Assembly (NCBI GenBank): GCA_964016885.1
Contig: OZ024752.1
Span: 310,001 to 374,000, forward strand
Direction: 5' to 3'
Length of the DNA stretch: 64,000 bases
Source: Eledone cirrhosa
Taxonomy: Eukaryota
Shown here: positions 26,545-39,973 of the stretch, one piece after another
How the letters are laid out: each line of letters opens with the position of its first letter
Numbering within the stretch: the stretch's first letter is position 1
Program-made: the position numbers and the translations under genes
The notes under the pieces: generated by a model
Told to the model about the DNA's origin: nothing
What the model saw: only the letters and a program-made list of their open reading frames with translations
The model's database searches: none

Positions 26545-27535
26545 GTTCAGCAACTTGATATCAGCTTTCACCAATTTTACTAATTTTCCTTGGTCCTCCT
26601 TTACCATGTCATCCTTCCATTTGAAACTCTTAATTCCTCTTTATCCAACTACCATCATCCATATACATTACATGCGCATACAAACATCATATTGCATTGT
26701 TCATGCACACTAACATACAGTGAAGCATGATTGCTTCATTTCTTTCCAGCCCTTGCACATTTTCTTCATTCAGTGTCCATATCTTACTCTTGTGCAACAT
26801 TGCACTATGCATACACAAGGATCATAAAATCTACCATTTGCTTAGAGAGAAAATTCCTTTATTGCCAGCAAAAGTAATAGCTCTCTGAAATTTTAAGCCC
26901 CTTTTCTTATTCGTGCTACTACACTTTCATAACACCCTCTTCCACTCCTAATTAGGTTACCTATGGAGCTGTTTCAGAATTGGAAAGATTTTATGTTACT
27001 GGAGCTCCAACTGGTGATTAATCCTGTGCATCTACTGCAAATAAAGTCTCCATTTTCTAAATGCCTGCCAATGAACTCACTACAACTTGTGTACCCATAG
27101 ATTATAATATGCATAACTATATGGAATTCTTACCTAAACTTTTCTGCATATTGAGGAAGGCTATTTCCTTGATGGTATGATGGTCTTGTCTTCTTTTCTA
27201 CTTACTAAAACCTCAGTCTTTCTTAAGTTTACTCTGAATATTTTTGATATTAGATTTTGTTTCAATGTCTAGATTTTCCACAGATTCAGTTATAAGAACA
27301 AGTTTATCAGTATATAGGAGTTTCCATGAGTAACTGTTCTTAAACGTTTGCATCAAGGTCTGGAGAACTATAATAAACAGGAGGGGTATAAGAACTGAGC
27401 CTCGATGAACACCTACCTGAACACTAAATTATTCACATAACTTAGTCTCTGATCTCTCTTTCCTGTTAGCATCCCTGTACATGGCTTGTATTGCTCTCAC
27501 AAGACATTCACCTACACATAGTTTTCTTAAATGCC
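26545..27535 (-). mobile_element. Decayed RTE-clade LINE, reverse transcriptase and C-terminal region
   Basis: Minus translation includes VGVHRGSVLIPLLFIIVL (QGSVLSPLLF motif), LLYTDKLVL (YADD motif) and FRELLLL...GRFYDPCVHSAMLH. Confidence 0.85.
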
Positions 27536-28252
27536 ACAAGATTATTCACACTGCAAATCTGGTTGGTGTTAGGAAGGGCATCCAGTTGTAAAAATTCCAG
27601 CCAAAATACGTTTCCATTTGAGCAGGGTACAGTGCAGCCAACTGGCCAGACTTGTATCATAATATGGACGACACATCTAACCCACGCAAGCATGGAAAAA
27701 ATAAACGCTAAATGGTGATGATGAATATGATGACGATATATATATATAGTGGATCTTTTTGTAACGAATGTCTGTGATAATGATATACAATATATATACA
27801 TTTCCAAACATATTTGTGAACTTATGGCTGTTAGTGTATGCTCAATTTATTAAAAAATTTAGAAAACTAACACTTAAAAATGTTTATACTGAGTAATTGA
27901 TTTCAATTCTAAAATATTCATTTTAGCTCCACATTAAAGCTCCACATTTCTAGCCTGTACTTCTAATTAGCTTAAAAGTTAAGGCCTAATAGATTTGTTT
28001 GAGGAGGGTTTCTTCTCTGAAGACTTTCTGCTGTCCAGCTCTCCTAACAGTTTCTAGCCACTAGCTCCTCTTTCCTTGGACAGTTGCTCAATTCTACCTC
28101 TAGGGATATTTCTATCTAGTGTGTTTTCCAATTACTTCCTCTTTCTTTGGGCAATGACTCAATTCTTCTTCTAGGGGTCTTTTTATCCATACAACAGCTT
28201 CAAAGTTCAACACATTTTTTGTTTGGTTAGTAATATCTCTTTTGAAATCATA

Positions 28253-28490
28253 CGCCCAGGCTGGAGAAGGTAAACTGTCCGAGTATTGACTACTCTCTGA
28301 TAAGTTTGAGGTAGAGTCTGTCGCAGTGTAGACTTCTGGAATTCTTGGTCACAGGTCCCCCTCCCTGCACATGGCTATTGGAGTGGAGTTGGCTACCCAC
28401 AGGTGTGAGCCCCGCAAGGTGGAGTGGATGTTCCAGTGTGTGTCTCTTGCCATCCTCTGGGGCAATGCATTCTCCATCCTGTTGGCTAGG
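28253..28490 (+). pseudogene. Second CRE-like RLE relic
   Basis: AQAGEGKLSEY*LLSDKFEVESVAV*TSGILG...EPRKVEWMFQCVSLAILWGNAFSILLA; homologous to 7990-8250. Confidence 0.7.
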
Positions 28491-31121
28491 ACCAAGAGAC
28501 AGCAGGTAAGATATTTGGAGGTGGAGGATACTCATTAACACATCACACATACATACATACGTACATACATATATATATAAATACATACGTACATACAACG
28601 ATGCCAAATTAATGTTTCTCTCAGCTTTTATTCTTAATTCATCTTCATCCCAGCTAGAATCATAGAATGGTGATTACTATTTCTTTCTCTATTCTTATAA
28701 ATCAGTTCACTAACTATTGCATGATCCTGTAACTCCTGAGGGAGTTGTTGGGGCGCCATATTGACATACAGCATTTCTTGGGCATTTTTTAAACCTGGCA
28801 GAGTCCCTCCTTCTCCAGGTCATAATACAACAGATTTCTCCCAGTGAATAATAGAGAGTGAGAGAATGGAAGTGAAAAAGAGATATAAAGGAAGAATCTA
28901 CTCCAATACTTGACTGGTACTTTTTTATTGACCTTGAAAGGATGAAAGGCGAAGTTAACCGGGATGGGATTTGAATTCAGAGAGCAAACAGCAGAAATGA
29001 ATACTATAAAACATTCTATAGGATGTTCTAACGACTCTGCTAATTCACCACCTCACTAACTTTTACAGGATCATTATTCACTGAAAAGTTTTTAGTCACT
29101 CACTTTCATTCCATTTTTTAGAGGCAATTATTTTTGTGACATTTTCACTCTTATTCACTTCAAATATATTACTTTTATTTCTCAACATATCAACAGTGGT
29201 AACATTTATTGAAATACTTTCATTTTCTATTCAGTTTAAACAACTAGTAAAACCCATATTCATTTATCACTCCTAATTTCTGTCAATAACTTCAAATTTG
29301 GTTTCTTTCTTTAAGTGTCAGTTATGTAAGTATTATGGGAAAATTATTCACTGGAAAATTTTTATCTAATGATTTTCACACCCTATTTTAAAGATCATTC
29401 TTTTTGTAAAATTTTCTCTACCATTTATTTACTTCTTCACATGCCAAGAGGAAGAACATTTTTATTGAAAAATTTCCACTTTCTATTCAGTTTATAAAAT
29501 AACTAAAATTCATATTCATTTGCTGCCACACATTTTTATGAAAAACCTCAAATATTTCTTTATTACTCAACACTTCCTCTTTCTTTGTTAATATTTAAAA
29601 TATAATTTTCTTTGTAAAATGTTCAATGGTATTCTATTCAATTATTTTGTTGAGTTATATTAAATGTCACAGTGTTAGTCAGTTAAAAAATTAGCAAAAC
29701 CATTACACAAGGTTGGACTTAATTCTTAACGTTCTGTACCACATGAAACTGCATTATCAGTTACTATAAAACAGCACTGTGACTGCATCATATTAAAAAT
29801 AAAAGTCGTTACTCTAATACTGCAAATGTTCACAATGATCTGTTCAACAGTAAAAATACTATAATCATCTGAATTAACAAAACTGGTTTTTAATATTTTC
29901 TGCTAAATTATTACAGGGTGTTAAGAGTTAAAGAGTGCAATGACATTTAGATAGAAACTTTCTGTAGTCTGTAAAATTAGAAAAGAGAGAGAGAGAGAGA
30001 GACATACTTCAATTCCTAATACCTTCTGAAACTTAAGGAGGAACAAGAAGCAACAAATGGTATGGTAGAGCTGTATCATGCTCAGTGCAGTGCACAAGTA
30101 TCCATTCAAACATGGATCAGATTAAAGGAAACTGAGAAACATGAAGCCAACTTAAATACTGAAGTTGTCAGCTATTCCATGAACAGACAACATGAGTCTA
30201 CTGAGGAAAATTGAACAAGACTCCACCAACTAATATAAAGCCTAAGTCAGTGCTTATTCCAGTGCTTATTCCAGATTCTGTGGCATTTAAGCAGCTGAGA
30301 GTACAAGACATCCATCTTGACATGATGGCAATCCATCACATGGTTAAACCCCCAGCTATTGCTGGAACTCATTTTCAGCTGAGTATATGAGAGCAAAGTG
30401 AAATGAAGTGTTTTTGCTCAAGCTCAAGAACAAAACACAACCCAGTCCAGCATTTGAATCTGCAACACTCTTACCTATAAGCCATGAGTCTTCACTAATA
30501 TAGCATCATCATTTATTGCTGTCAAGCTGATAAATGTTGCATTTTATTAGTTAGCTAAACTTAGTATTAGTGCAGTGGTTAACAGCTGAAATGGATCTCC
30601 ATTAGTTATCATGACACCAGCATGAATAATATTTATGTCTGGTTAAAAAATAATGTTGTTGTTGTTGTGTTGTCATTGGATCTCTGTAGCTTCCAATAAT
30701 GATCATTCCAGTTGTTTGAGCAATAGAACAGCCTGCTCGTGAATTTAACTTGCACAGGGCTGAGCATTCTACGGATATAACTTAACACAGTTCTCAAGTA
30801 TATTATTCAGCACCACAGAGTGTATAACAAGGCTGGCCCATTGAAGTACACGTTCAACTAATTTTTACCAGGTACAACTCCTTTTCATAAGGTACAACTC
30901 ACTTTTGTGAATATGAAATGCAGTGTCTCGTTCAAGGACACAACGTGATGTTTGGAATCAAACTCATGACCTTATAATCATTAACAAAACACCCTAACCA
31001 CTAAGTCAGAGGTCATTTCTCCAAATAATATTCTTATGGAGATTACCATGATTCGTTTTCAAGAAATTGACCACGAAACAAGACATCTATTCCTTGGTTA
31101 CATCAAATATCCTGCTACTAC

Positions 31122-31166
<45 letters not shown>

Positions 31167-31945
31167 GGGTAAACATTGGGTGCCTCAAGAATCATTGAGA
31201 TGTAGCATGAGTCTATTTGAAATTTATAGAAATATGTTGGAAACTCAAACACAAGAAACAGCTGTTAAAGCACCTGAATGCCCTCTGACACAACTGCATG
31301 TGACATAAATACATATATATATATATATATATATACATATATACACACACATACATATATACCTACAAACATACATAATGTCAACAATAGCACAAACTCT
31401 GACCCAGCTTCTTATAGTGTTCTGACGAAGGATTTTAGACCCCAAATATTAGGACAGGTAAATAATATAATAGGTGACACACCAACATCTTTCTTGTCTT
31501 CAATTTATTCTGAAATCTACTGTCCATAGCTTATAAACTTTTCAGTCTACCCTCGTACTCAGTAGTGTATTTCATACTGAAAATTATCAAAAGCACAAGC
31601 CATCGATAAGTTGTGAAGTTCATGACCTAAATTGTTACATCTGTGATACAAACACAATACTTTTCCCTTGTAGTTCAGCACACTAAGCAGTTGTTACATC
31701 ATATATACTGAGAAATTACTTGTAAGCATGTAGTAGTGATTTCATTTCCCGCTGGAATGGAAGTTAATCGTGATAGACTGGCATACAGTGCCTGGAGATG
31801 TTTATCTCTTATTCACTTCATACTACAGAAACAGGAAATAACTGTATAACAAAAAAAAAACACGTGTGTACGTGTGTATGTTAGTGTGCGTGTAAATGTA
31901 TAGGTTTACACACACATTATATATGCATGTTAATTTATTTATCAA

Positions 31946-32036
<91 letters not shown>

Positions 32037-32870
32037 GCGTGTGTTTGTGAATATGCATGTATAAACATAGATTTGTGTGTACCTACATGTATGTACAAAT
32101 ATATAGATGTGTGTGTATGTGTGTATGTATATATGTAAGTAAGTATGTATGTATGCATGTATATGTGTAAGTATATAAATATAAGCATATTCTACACAGT
32201 TAAAATTGTAAACACAACCTACCCTGTTATAATTGTAGTGACTTCATAAATAACAGTCGCTGTTACATGTAAGTATTACTACTATAATGTGTATGTGCAA
32301 TTTGCTCTTAAAGTAACTAGAAACTGACTCTCCTAGTCACTAGTGAGTCTTCTTAGCTTTTGTTGTTTTATTTAGTCTTTAGAATATCTGAGTTTTGTTA
32401 AAACTTTGACTCAGGCTAAATATTTATATTTAGCTTCTTAACCATATTTGTCTCCAATAAAAAAAAATCCAAAATATAGAGAATCTTTAAACACAGCTGT
32501 CTTGAAAAAATATATATGATGAAATCCCTTAGGGAATTAGTGTTGTATTTTTTTTTATTTTATTATTTTCTTGGTTGTTGTTCGTTTTCCTATCAATTTT
32601 ATTTTATCTTCTGTGTTTTAAATTTTACCTCAATTGCAATTAAGCATCAAGATAGAGTAGCAGAGTTTGAAAAAAAATTATTAGAAAAATAAATATATTT
32701 AAATTGACACCCAAATAAAATTTCAACAAATTGAAATTAATCAAAATTTCAAGTCTTGAAATTCAATTCTATATAAAACTTCTTATACTGTGATCATAAA
32801 ATCAATCCCTAAAATCTAACTTCTTGAAATTCAGTTTATAGAATTCAGTTTCTTAAATGCACTTGTCACA

Positions 32871-33559
32871 AAAAGCACTCAGTCCACACTGTTAAGTGGT
32901 CGTATTGGTACCATGGTAAAAAACCACTCAGTCTACACTGTTAAGTGGTCGTATTGGTACCATGGTAAAAAGCACTCAGTCTACACTGTTAAGTGGTCGT
33001 ATTGGTACCATGGTAAAAAACCACTCAGTCTACACTGTTAAGTGGTCGTATTGGTACCATGGTAAAAAACCACTCAGTCTACACTGTTAAGTGGTTGTAT
33101 TGGTACCATGGTAAAAAGCAATCAGTCTACACTGTTAAGTGGTCGTATTGGTACCATGGTAAAAAACCACTCAGTCTACACTGTAAAGTGGTTGTATTGG
33201 TACCATGGTAAAAAGCAATCAGTCTACACTGTAAAGTAGTCGTATTGGTACCATGGTAAAAAAGCACTCAGTCTACACTGTAAAGTGGTCGTATTGGTAC
33301 CATGGTAAAAAGCAATCAGTCTACACTGTAAAGTGGTCGTATTGGTACCATGGTAAAAAACCACTCAGTCTACACTGTAAAGTGGTCGTATTGGTACCAT
33401 GGTAAAAAGCAATCAGTCTACACTGTTAAGTGGTTGTATTGGTACCATGGTAAAAAACCACTCAGTCTACACTGTAAAGTGGTCGTATTGGTACCATGGT
33501 AAAAAGCAATCAGTCTACACTGTAAAGTGGTCGTATTGGTACCATGGTAAAAAGCACTC
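32871..33559 (+). repeat. Minisatellite, ~48-49-bp unit, ~14 copies
   Basis: Unit aaaa(a)gcactcagtctacactgt(t/a)aagtggtcgtattggtaccatggt repeated without spacers. Confidence 0.95.
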
Positions 33560-36500
33560 CAAAGTTTGGAAAGAAGCAGAAGGGCACCCAGGTGTCATGA
33601 CCTGGATGCAGCTTGGTCCCCTTAGAGTGTAAGAAGTTAAGGTCTGAAGCACTTGCTTGAGGGTGGTTTCTTTTCTTGTAAACAAGATGATTATAGCTCC
33701 AACCAGTCTATTCACCATCAATATAACTACCCTAAATACACATACATATATATACACTATACGCACACACACACACATATATATATATATAAACAACCAA
33801 GTAGAACTGTCAAACACACAAATCTGAACGTAGCCACACCCAGAAGAAATGCAAGCAATCAATGAATACCCTATATGCAAATGATGCACTCAGAAAACAA
33901 AGCCAACAATAATCAAAACATCTAGTGCACAAGACCAGTGGATTCTAAATGGAAAGATAGTTAAAATAATTATTTTTGTTCAGAGAGTTAATGATGGATT
34001 GAACAAAGAATACATCTATGTAGTTTAAACTATGTTTAACTTTATGTACACAAAAGACATCTGTAACTGATGATCCATTGTGTAACCAGTAGTTTCACTC
34101 ATGCTACACACATACACTATTCATGCTTTATTTGTTCTTCATATATATCCTTCCTATCTTTTATTATCACTTGGTTTAAATACACAAAACATCTTGAAAC
34201 AATTTGATATTCTAGGTAAATTAAAGATTAATATATTGTCATCATTATCATTGAAATGAACATTAAATTATGATGATTATTATTATATATACATATATAT
34301 ACATTGCTAAACACTATGGCCTTATTGTAAGAATATGAATAAATCCCAATTTACATGATACTCTGTTTTAAACATTGAGTTGTTTCTTACAAGGGGATTC
34401 TTACAATCCCTATATCAGAATATCCCCCCCCCCTCTCTCTCTCTATATATATATATATATATGTGTTATATATATATATATAGTGTTATATATATATATA
34501 TATAAGTGTTGTGCTTCTGAAAATGAATAATGAAAGTTTTTTCTTCTTTCATTCGTGATTCTTCAGCTCAACAAATTTACAATTTTAAGCCACTATAGAC
34601 AGCCTAGCAAATGGAGAGCTGATTTTTCTTTGTAAATATAACTGCTAGAATGGTCCCTTGCCAGAGAAAATAAGGAAATTGATTTCAGATTTGTTCTAAT
34701 ATCTTTTATTTGCTTATTTTTCCTCATTTTATAGTTTTTAATTTGGAATTTCCAATTAATTAAACTGATATGTTTTTATAAACCAATACCAGAGTTAGGT
34801 GGAGGGAGTAAATCACTGGAAAGCCTAAGGTTGCAATCATACAATCTTAATCATATGATCAATTTTGCTATTAAAAATACATAAGACCGCAGTAAAAATT
34901 TATTCCCTGAAACCAATATTAAGCATTGCTCATCAAGGATTTCATTAAAAAATTTTTTTAAATTCACTTAAATCAACATTTTGGATCAGCATGAAATACC
35001 AGAGTTAGCTTCTTTTAGTTTCACATTCAAAGTTTCGAAAAGAGAATATAGTTGTCAGAACAAAAAGACGAACAAAAACTCATTGATTGTTTTAATGTTG
35101 TTTTATGTGTATTTATATTGAATGTGTGTGTATGTGTGTGTGTATTTGTTTTGTGGTGGGGAGAGAATAATGAAAGCTATAGTGAGTACTATTTAAAAAT
35201 TTAAATATTAATACATATATTTTCACTGCTGTATATGAGAGAGTTAGTTCCTCAACAAATTAGGAAATCATACTTGAGGATGCACATTTCACTGTGTGGA
35301 TTTCCAACCCATGTATGGTTGCATATATATATATATATATAAATAAACTCCCTTGGTGTTCCATCAGATCAATCTTTTGATTTCTGTTGGCCTTGTGGAA
35401 TATTTACAAGGCTTTCTTGACATCTCATATGTATCATCATTACCATTTAACATCTATTTACCATGTTGTTTGTATGATCCATTTTTGGTTCTGTCTCTTT
35501 GGCTGGATGCCCTTCCTAATGCCAACCACTTTACCGCATGTAGTGGGCGCATTTTATTATGACTCTGGCGCAACATAAAGTTATGGCTCTTTATGTTCTG
35601 AGTTCAAATCCTGCCAAGATTAGTTTTGCCTTTCATCCTTACTGGGGTCGATAAAATAAAGTACCAGTAATGCACTGAGGTCGATTTAGTCGACCTTCCC
35701 CTCCCCCAAAATCGTTTGCCTTGTGCCTAGATCAGAAACCATTATTATCTTTACAATAGAAAATCAGTGTAGTAAACACCAAAGCACAAGTATATCAAAA
35801 CAAGTTATTGGAAGGGATTAAGCCCCAAAAGCCCCTTAGTGCCGGAAGATTTGTGAAAGGATGAAATACACAATAGACATCAGTGAGATTTGAACACAGA
35901 CTATAGAGAGCCGGAACAAATATCACAACACATTTCTTCCGATGCTCTAATGACATTGTCAAATTCACTACTTTTTGATAAGTAGCAGAAAAACCACCCT
36001 TCGGGTGGTTTTCTGCTAGCATGTGTAGTGTGTATATTGATATTATACGCAGGTATATATACATGTAGATATGATACATCAAATAAAATCGTAATTGACA
36101 ATATACACAGAAATTGAGCGAAGTCTATGTTACACTGTCTTATGTAAACAGTAATCCATGATACATTAAAAAAAAGATGATATTATATATAAACTGCATT
36201 AGGAGAAAATTAGCGATGGAAATATATGCAATATTTTTATAAGTGTTATAATATAACGGGCGCTAACCGGAAGTGTTGACATTTGAAAATTTTAAAGAAG
36301 TGAATTTTAAAAGTCTTTAAATAAGCTATAAAATATATTTAATCAACAACCACGAAATTTAGCACATAAATTATATAATATTCATTCATTACTTTATGGT
36401 GGATTGGGAGTATCGGTAGAGGGTTGGACACCATGCTTTGCAGCACAGTTACGTCCCTTTACAGACTGAGTTCAAATCCCGCCGAGGTTAACTTTGCCTT

Positions 36501-36689
36501 TCATCTTACGGGGTCGATAAAATAAAGTACCAGTAATACACTGGAATAATTGCTGGCCTTGTGCCAAAAGTAGAAAAAATTATTTATTCAAAGTAATCCA
36601 ACTTATTTTACAAACGGGGTAAAAAAAACATATTCTGGACGCAGTCCCGCACTCCTTTCTTTATTATAGTTAAGATTGCTGTTTGGCAT

Positions 36690-36971
36690 ATTGTTGTTAT
36701 TGTTGTCGTTGTTATTGTTGTTGTTATTGTTGTTGTTATTGTTGTTATTGTTGTCGTTGTTATTGTTGTTGTTGTTGTTGTTATTGTTGTTGTTATTATT
36801 GTTGTCGTTGTTATTGTTGTCGTTGTTATTGTTGCTGTTGTTATTGTTGCTGTTGTTGTTGTTGTTGTTGCTGCTGTTATTGTTGTTATTGTTGTTACTG
36901 TTGTTATTGTTGTTGTTGTTGTCGTTGTTGTCGTTGTTGCTGTTGTTATTGTTGTTGTTGTTGATGTTGTT

Positions 36972-37007
<36 letters not shown>

Positions 37008-37577
37008 ATTGTTGTTGTTGTTGCTGTTGTTATTGTTGTTATTGTTGTTATTGTTGTCGTTGTTATTGTTGTTGTTGTTGTTATTGTTGTCGTTGTTGTT
37101 GTTGTTGTTATTGTTGTTGTCGTTGTTGCTGTTGTTGTTGTTGTTGTTGCTGTTGTTATTGTTGTTATTGTTGTCATTGTTATTGTTGTTGTTGTTGTTA
37201 TTGTTGTTATTGCTGCTGTTGTCATTACTGCATTTGTTGTCCTTCTCAGTGTTGCTGCTGTTGCTGTTGTCGTTATTATTGCTGTTGTTGTTAATGTTGT
37301 TGCTGTTGTCGTTATTATTGCTGTTGTTGTTGCTGCTGTTGCTGTTGTCGTTATTATTGCTGTTGTTGTTGCTGCTGTTGTCGTTATTATTGTTGTTGTT
37401 GTTGCTGCTGTTGCTGTTGTCGTTATTATTGCTGTTGTTGTTGCTGCTGTTGTTGTTATCGTTATTATTGCTGTTGTTGTTGTCATTATTGCTGTTGTCA
37501 CTATTGTTGTTGTTGTTGCTGGTGCTGCTGCTGTCGTTATTATTGCTGTTGTTGTTGTTATTGTTGTTGTTGTTGTC
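36690..37577. repeat. ~890-bp (TTG/TTA/CTG)n trinucleotide array
   Basis: Direct inspection; produces the poly-N, poly-T and poly-L ORFs. Confidence 0.97.
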
Positions 37578-37927
37578 AAGAGATATAGAGACAAAAAGGA
37601 GGAAAGACATATCTTTTGGAAAACATAGCAATTTGTACAGATATAGAGAGCCAATAACATCTCTATATTTTCCTATATATTATTAGTGATTTGCCTTTCA
37701 TCCTTACAGGGTCAATAAAATAAAGTACCAGTAATGCATTGGGATAATTGCTGGCCTTGTGCCAAAAGTAGAAACAATTATTAGTGTTTCTCAAAAGATG
37801 TCGTTCCTCCTGTCTCTATGTAAAGCATTTAAACTTGTATATATGTTTGTATGTATACATATAGTGTATATATATATATATACACACATATTATAAACAG
37901 TCGGGACCCGACGACTGATCTCTAGCC

Positions 37928-38192
37928 AAACAGCAAGAGCTCAGCCATTGGGTTTCAACTCTTTATGATATAACCATACTCTACTACCCCACGTATTGAG
38001 TACTCTGTTGAGTAATGGTCTGACTAGTTTCAAACAGATTCCACCTTGCTTTATATATATATATATATATAACAAAGAAGGTGGGGTAAGATACCAGGTA
38101 GACCATAACGCACCAGAGTACTTGATACTTAGGGTAGTAGATTGGGTAATATGCAAAGAGTAAGGCCCCCGATGGCTGAGCTCTGGCTGTTT
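37928..38192. repeat. Two diverged copies of a short repeat in inverted orientation around a (TA)n tract
   Basis: aaacagcaagagctcagccattggg...gagtactctg versus cagagtac...cccgatggctgagctctggctgttt. Related pieces at ~41190-41260 and ~62440-62500. Confidence 0.7.
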
Positions 38193-38210
38193 CGACAACT
38201 AGATCCAAAC

Positions 38211-38242
<32 letters not shown>

Positions 38243-38592
38243 AATGAAGTGATTCTGTCGGAAAGGTCCAGGAAAAAAGAGTGCTCTATGTAGGTTACAG
38301 AGCTTATATATATATATATATGTGTGTTGGTGTATTTACGTATGTGTGTGTGTGCGTATAGTGTATATTACGTATATATATACATGTATGTGTGTGTATA
38401 TGTGTCTGCGTGTATATATGTATATATGTGTGTATATGTGAGTGTGTGTGCGTGTGTGTGTGTACGTGTGTGTTGTTATATATTCTTATTTATTATTCTC
38501 CCCCCCCCCTTTTTTTTTCCCCTCCAGCTTCACTTTCATATCTGTTGTAGTTTTGTTTTTCAAATCCACTGTCAATAAAGACACCAGGATTT

Positions 38593-38652
38593 TTTCATTC
38601 TGATGAATGAAAGCAATTTTGGTTGCTTTCAAGAAACCACTGGTAAATGAAA
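38593..38652 (+). ncRNA. Type I hammerhead ribozyme motif, sense within the large intron
   Basis: tttcatt-CTGATGA-a tgaaagcaa ttttgg ttgctttca a-GAAA-cc act gg-TA-aatgaaa. 7-bp stem I, 9-bp stem II after an A.A mismatch, 3-bp stem III, triplet GUA (predicted cut after 38645). Confidence 0.85.
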
Positions 38653-39741
38653 TAATTATCTTATGTTGTTTATTACATAAAACATATATATATAATGGAG
38701 GCACATGGCTTAGTGGTTAGAGCATTGGCCTTGCAATCGAAAGGTTGTGAGTTCAATTCTCAGGCCGGATGATGTGTTGTTTCCTTGAGCAAGACACTTT
38801 ATTTCACATTGCTCCAGTTTACTCAGCTTATAGAAATGAGATGATAGGGACTGGGGTCCCTATCACTCCACTGTAAAGTGGTCGTGCCACTGTAAAGTGG
38901 TCGTGCCACGGCAAAAAAGCACCCTGCACTCACTGTAAATGAGGTTGGTGTTAGGAAGGGCAAGCCAAAATCAGTTCCCGTATGAGCAAGGCTTGGTCAG
39001 CCGACCAGACACTGCCCACAACAGGACAACCCATCTAACCCATGCTAGCATGGAAGAACGGATGTAAAACGGTGATGATGATGATGATATATATATATAT
39101 ATATATATATAGAGGGGGGGTGTTTGGTGTTGTAAGCCTGGATCTATTGTTTGAAATGGTATTGTGTTTTGGGAAGACCAAATTGTTTATATCTTTATGT
39201 TTGTATCTTTACAGGTGTGTGTATATATACATGTAAGTACATAGTGAATATATGTATATATGTGTCTACATATATATATATAATATATATACAGATATAG
39301 ATATAAATAGCTAGATAGACAGACAGACTAAAGTAGAAATAAATAAGTAAAAATGTATATACATATACATAGGCATGTGCATATTGTGTCTATAGTTGCA
39401 TGTATTTATATATAAACATTTCTATCTTTGTGAAAGAATGTATGTGTGCGTATGTGTACATGTATATAACTGTCTGTGTATGTGTGCATGTGTATAACTG
39501 TGTGTGTGTGTGTGTGTATATAAGAGTATGCATATATATATTTTTTGTGTTTATATATATATATATAAATACATAATCGGAGAAAGCTATTAGCGACACT
39601 CCGACCAATTTCCAACTCACTCAACAAACATTAGGAAATACTGGAGTATATTCCCAATTAAACGTTTGGGGTGCTAACTATATTGTATTGTGTTGATAAT
39701 AGGCTGTATTATTTTATATGAGATATATTAAAATCTCATTC

Positions 39742-39863
39742 CCCATACGATCGTTTCATTATAAGATTCCTACATGGTGGGTGAAATTTTATCAAGTTAT
39801 GTAGAAGCTTGCATAAGATCAATGGATTCCCATGCAAGTGGGCTCTTATAAATCTTCAGTGGG
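39742..39863 (-). ncRNA. Type I hammerhead motif with branched, expanded stem II
   Basis: Minus strand: ccca-CTGAAGA-t ttataaga [cttgcat..atgcaag; ttctacat..atgtagga] tcttataa t-GAAA-cgatcg-TA-tggg. Palindromic CGATCG, triplet GUA; stem I only 4 bp. Confidence 0.65.
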
Positions 39864-39932
39864 TGTCCAATAATATCAATATTAATAACTAAATCAACAT
39901 TAATATTTAACAATAATCTCCATCAGTGTTAG

Positions 39933-39973
<41 letters not shown>

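Noticed and set aside
32871-33559. CRISPR-like regular repeats
   Set aside because: No unique spacers, no cas genes, eukaryotic context; it is a plain minisatellite.
36603-37686. Three ORFs of more than 330 aa (poly-N, poly-T, poly-L)
   Set aside because: Open frames arise from a stop-free trinucleotide array; no domain or splice support.
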